Positions 63,721 through 64,000 of a stretch of 64,000 nt of DNA are shown here, in pieces (the first letter of the stretch is position 1; every line of letters begins with the position of its first letter). The DNA lies in assembly GCA_028534125.1 (NCBI GenBank), contig CM052816.1, forward strand, positions 74,464,001 to 74,528,000. The letters run 5' to 3'. Both the position numbers and the translations under genes were made by a program. The stretch is from Lama glama. Its lineage: Eukaryota. The notes beneath the pieces were generated by a model, which saw only the letters and a list, made by a program, of their open reading frames with translations, was not told the origin of the DNA and searched no databases.

Positions 63721-64000
63721 TCATAAATTTAGATACACTATATACTCATGGGCCAGAGGGTCTATCTGAAAAGGACTGTTTCAGAAAAACTGAGGCATAA
63801 GATGACATATGTAAAGACAGGAAGAAAGCACTGGAAATTCTTGGAGAGAAGACATGAGATGATTGTTGAATATGGATACTGAAAAATCTAATAGTTACTG
63901 AAGGGTCTTCATCAATAGATTTCTTCATCTGAAAGATAAGACATCTCCAAATTTTGCCCACACAACTCATTGCTCCCCAAAGCTTTCAGCAGCAGCTGAG

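Larger units (their letters stand above)
39593..64000 (-). other. GHR: GHR intron 2, 3' part (exon 2 lies outside the window)
   Basis: Upstream of the exon 3 acceptor; no MDLWQLLLTLA-type signal-peptide exon was seen. Confidence 0.85.

Noticed and set aside
1..64000. CRISPR arrays, operons or other prokaryote-type systems; nested genes, snoRNA or miRNA
   Set aside because: Mammalian intronic DNA with no repeat-spacer array. No nested gene or small RNA recognised by eye; an Rfam/Infernal scan would be needed to exclude small RNAs.

Overview
Mammalian genomic DNA, very likely a camelid, judged from tRNA-Ala-derived Vic-1-type SINEs and an artiodactyl-like GHR peptide. The window lies inside the growth hormone receptor gene (GHR) on the minus strand. 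It contains only two coding exons, exon 3 (39527-39592, 66 nt) and exon 4 (1539-1668, 130 nt), both with canonical AG/GT sites. The rest is intron 3 (about 37.9 kb, including a 500-N gap), about 24 kb of intron 2 and 1.5 kb of intron 4. The introns are filled with transposon remnants: young and old L1, L2, MIR, MER5/MER20/MER33-type hAT elements, MaLR and ERV1-type solo LTRs, and SINEs. Apart from the piece overlapping exon 4 and L1 ORF2 remnants, the ORF track is noise. I found no evidence of a new multi-gene system. The most interesting signals are: an L1 3' transduction bounded by a TSD (4172-4605), an L1 5'UTR fused directly to an L1 3'UTR (52994-53350), two twin-priming 5'-inverted L1s, same-orientation young L1s flanking the skippable exon 3, and a candidate in-frame 96-nt cryptic exon in intron 2. 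Repeat family names and exon numbering are from memory of consensus sequences, not database searches, and repeat boundaries are approximate unless a TSD is given.
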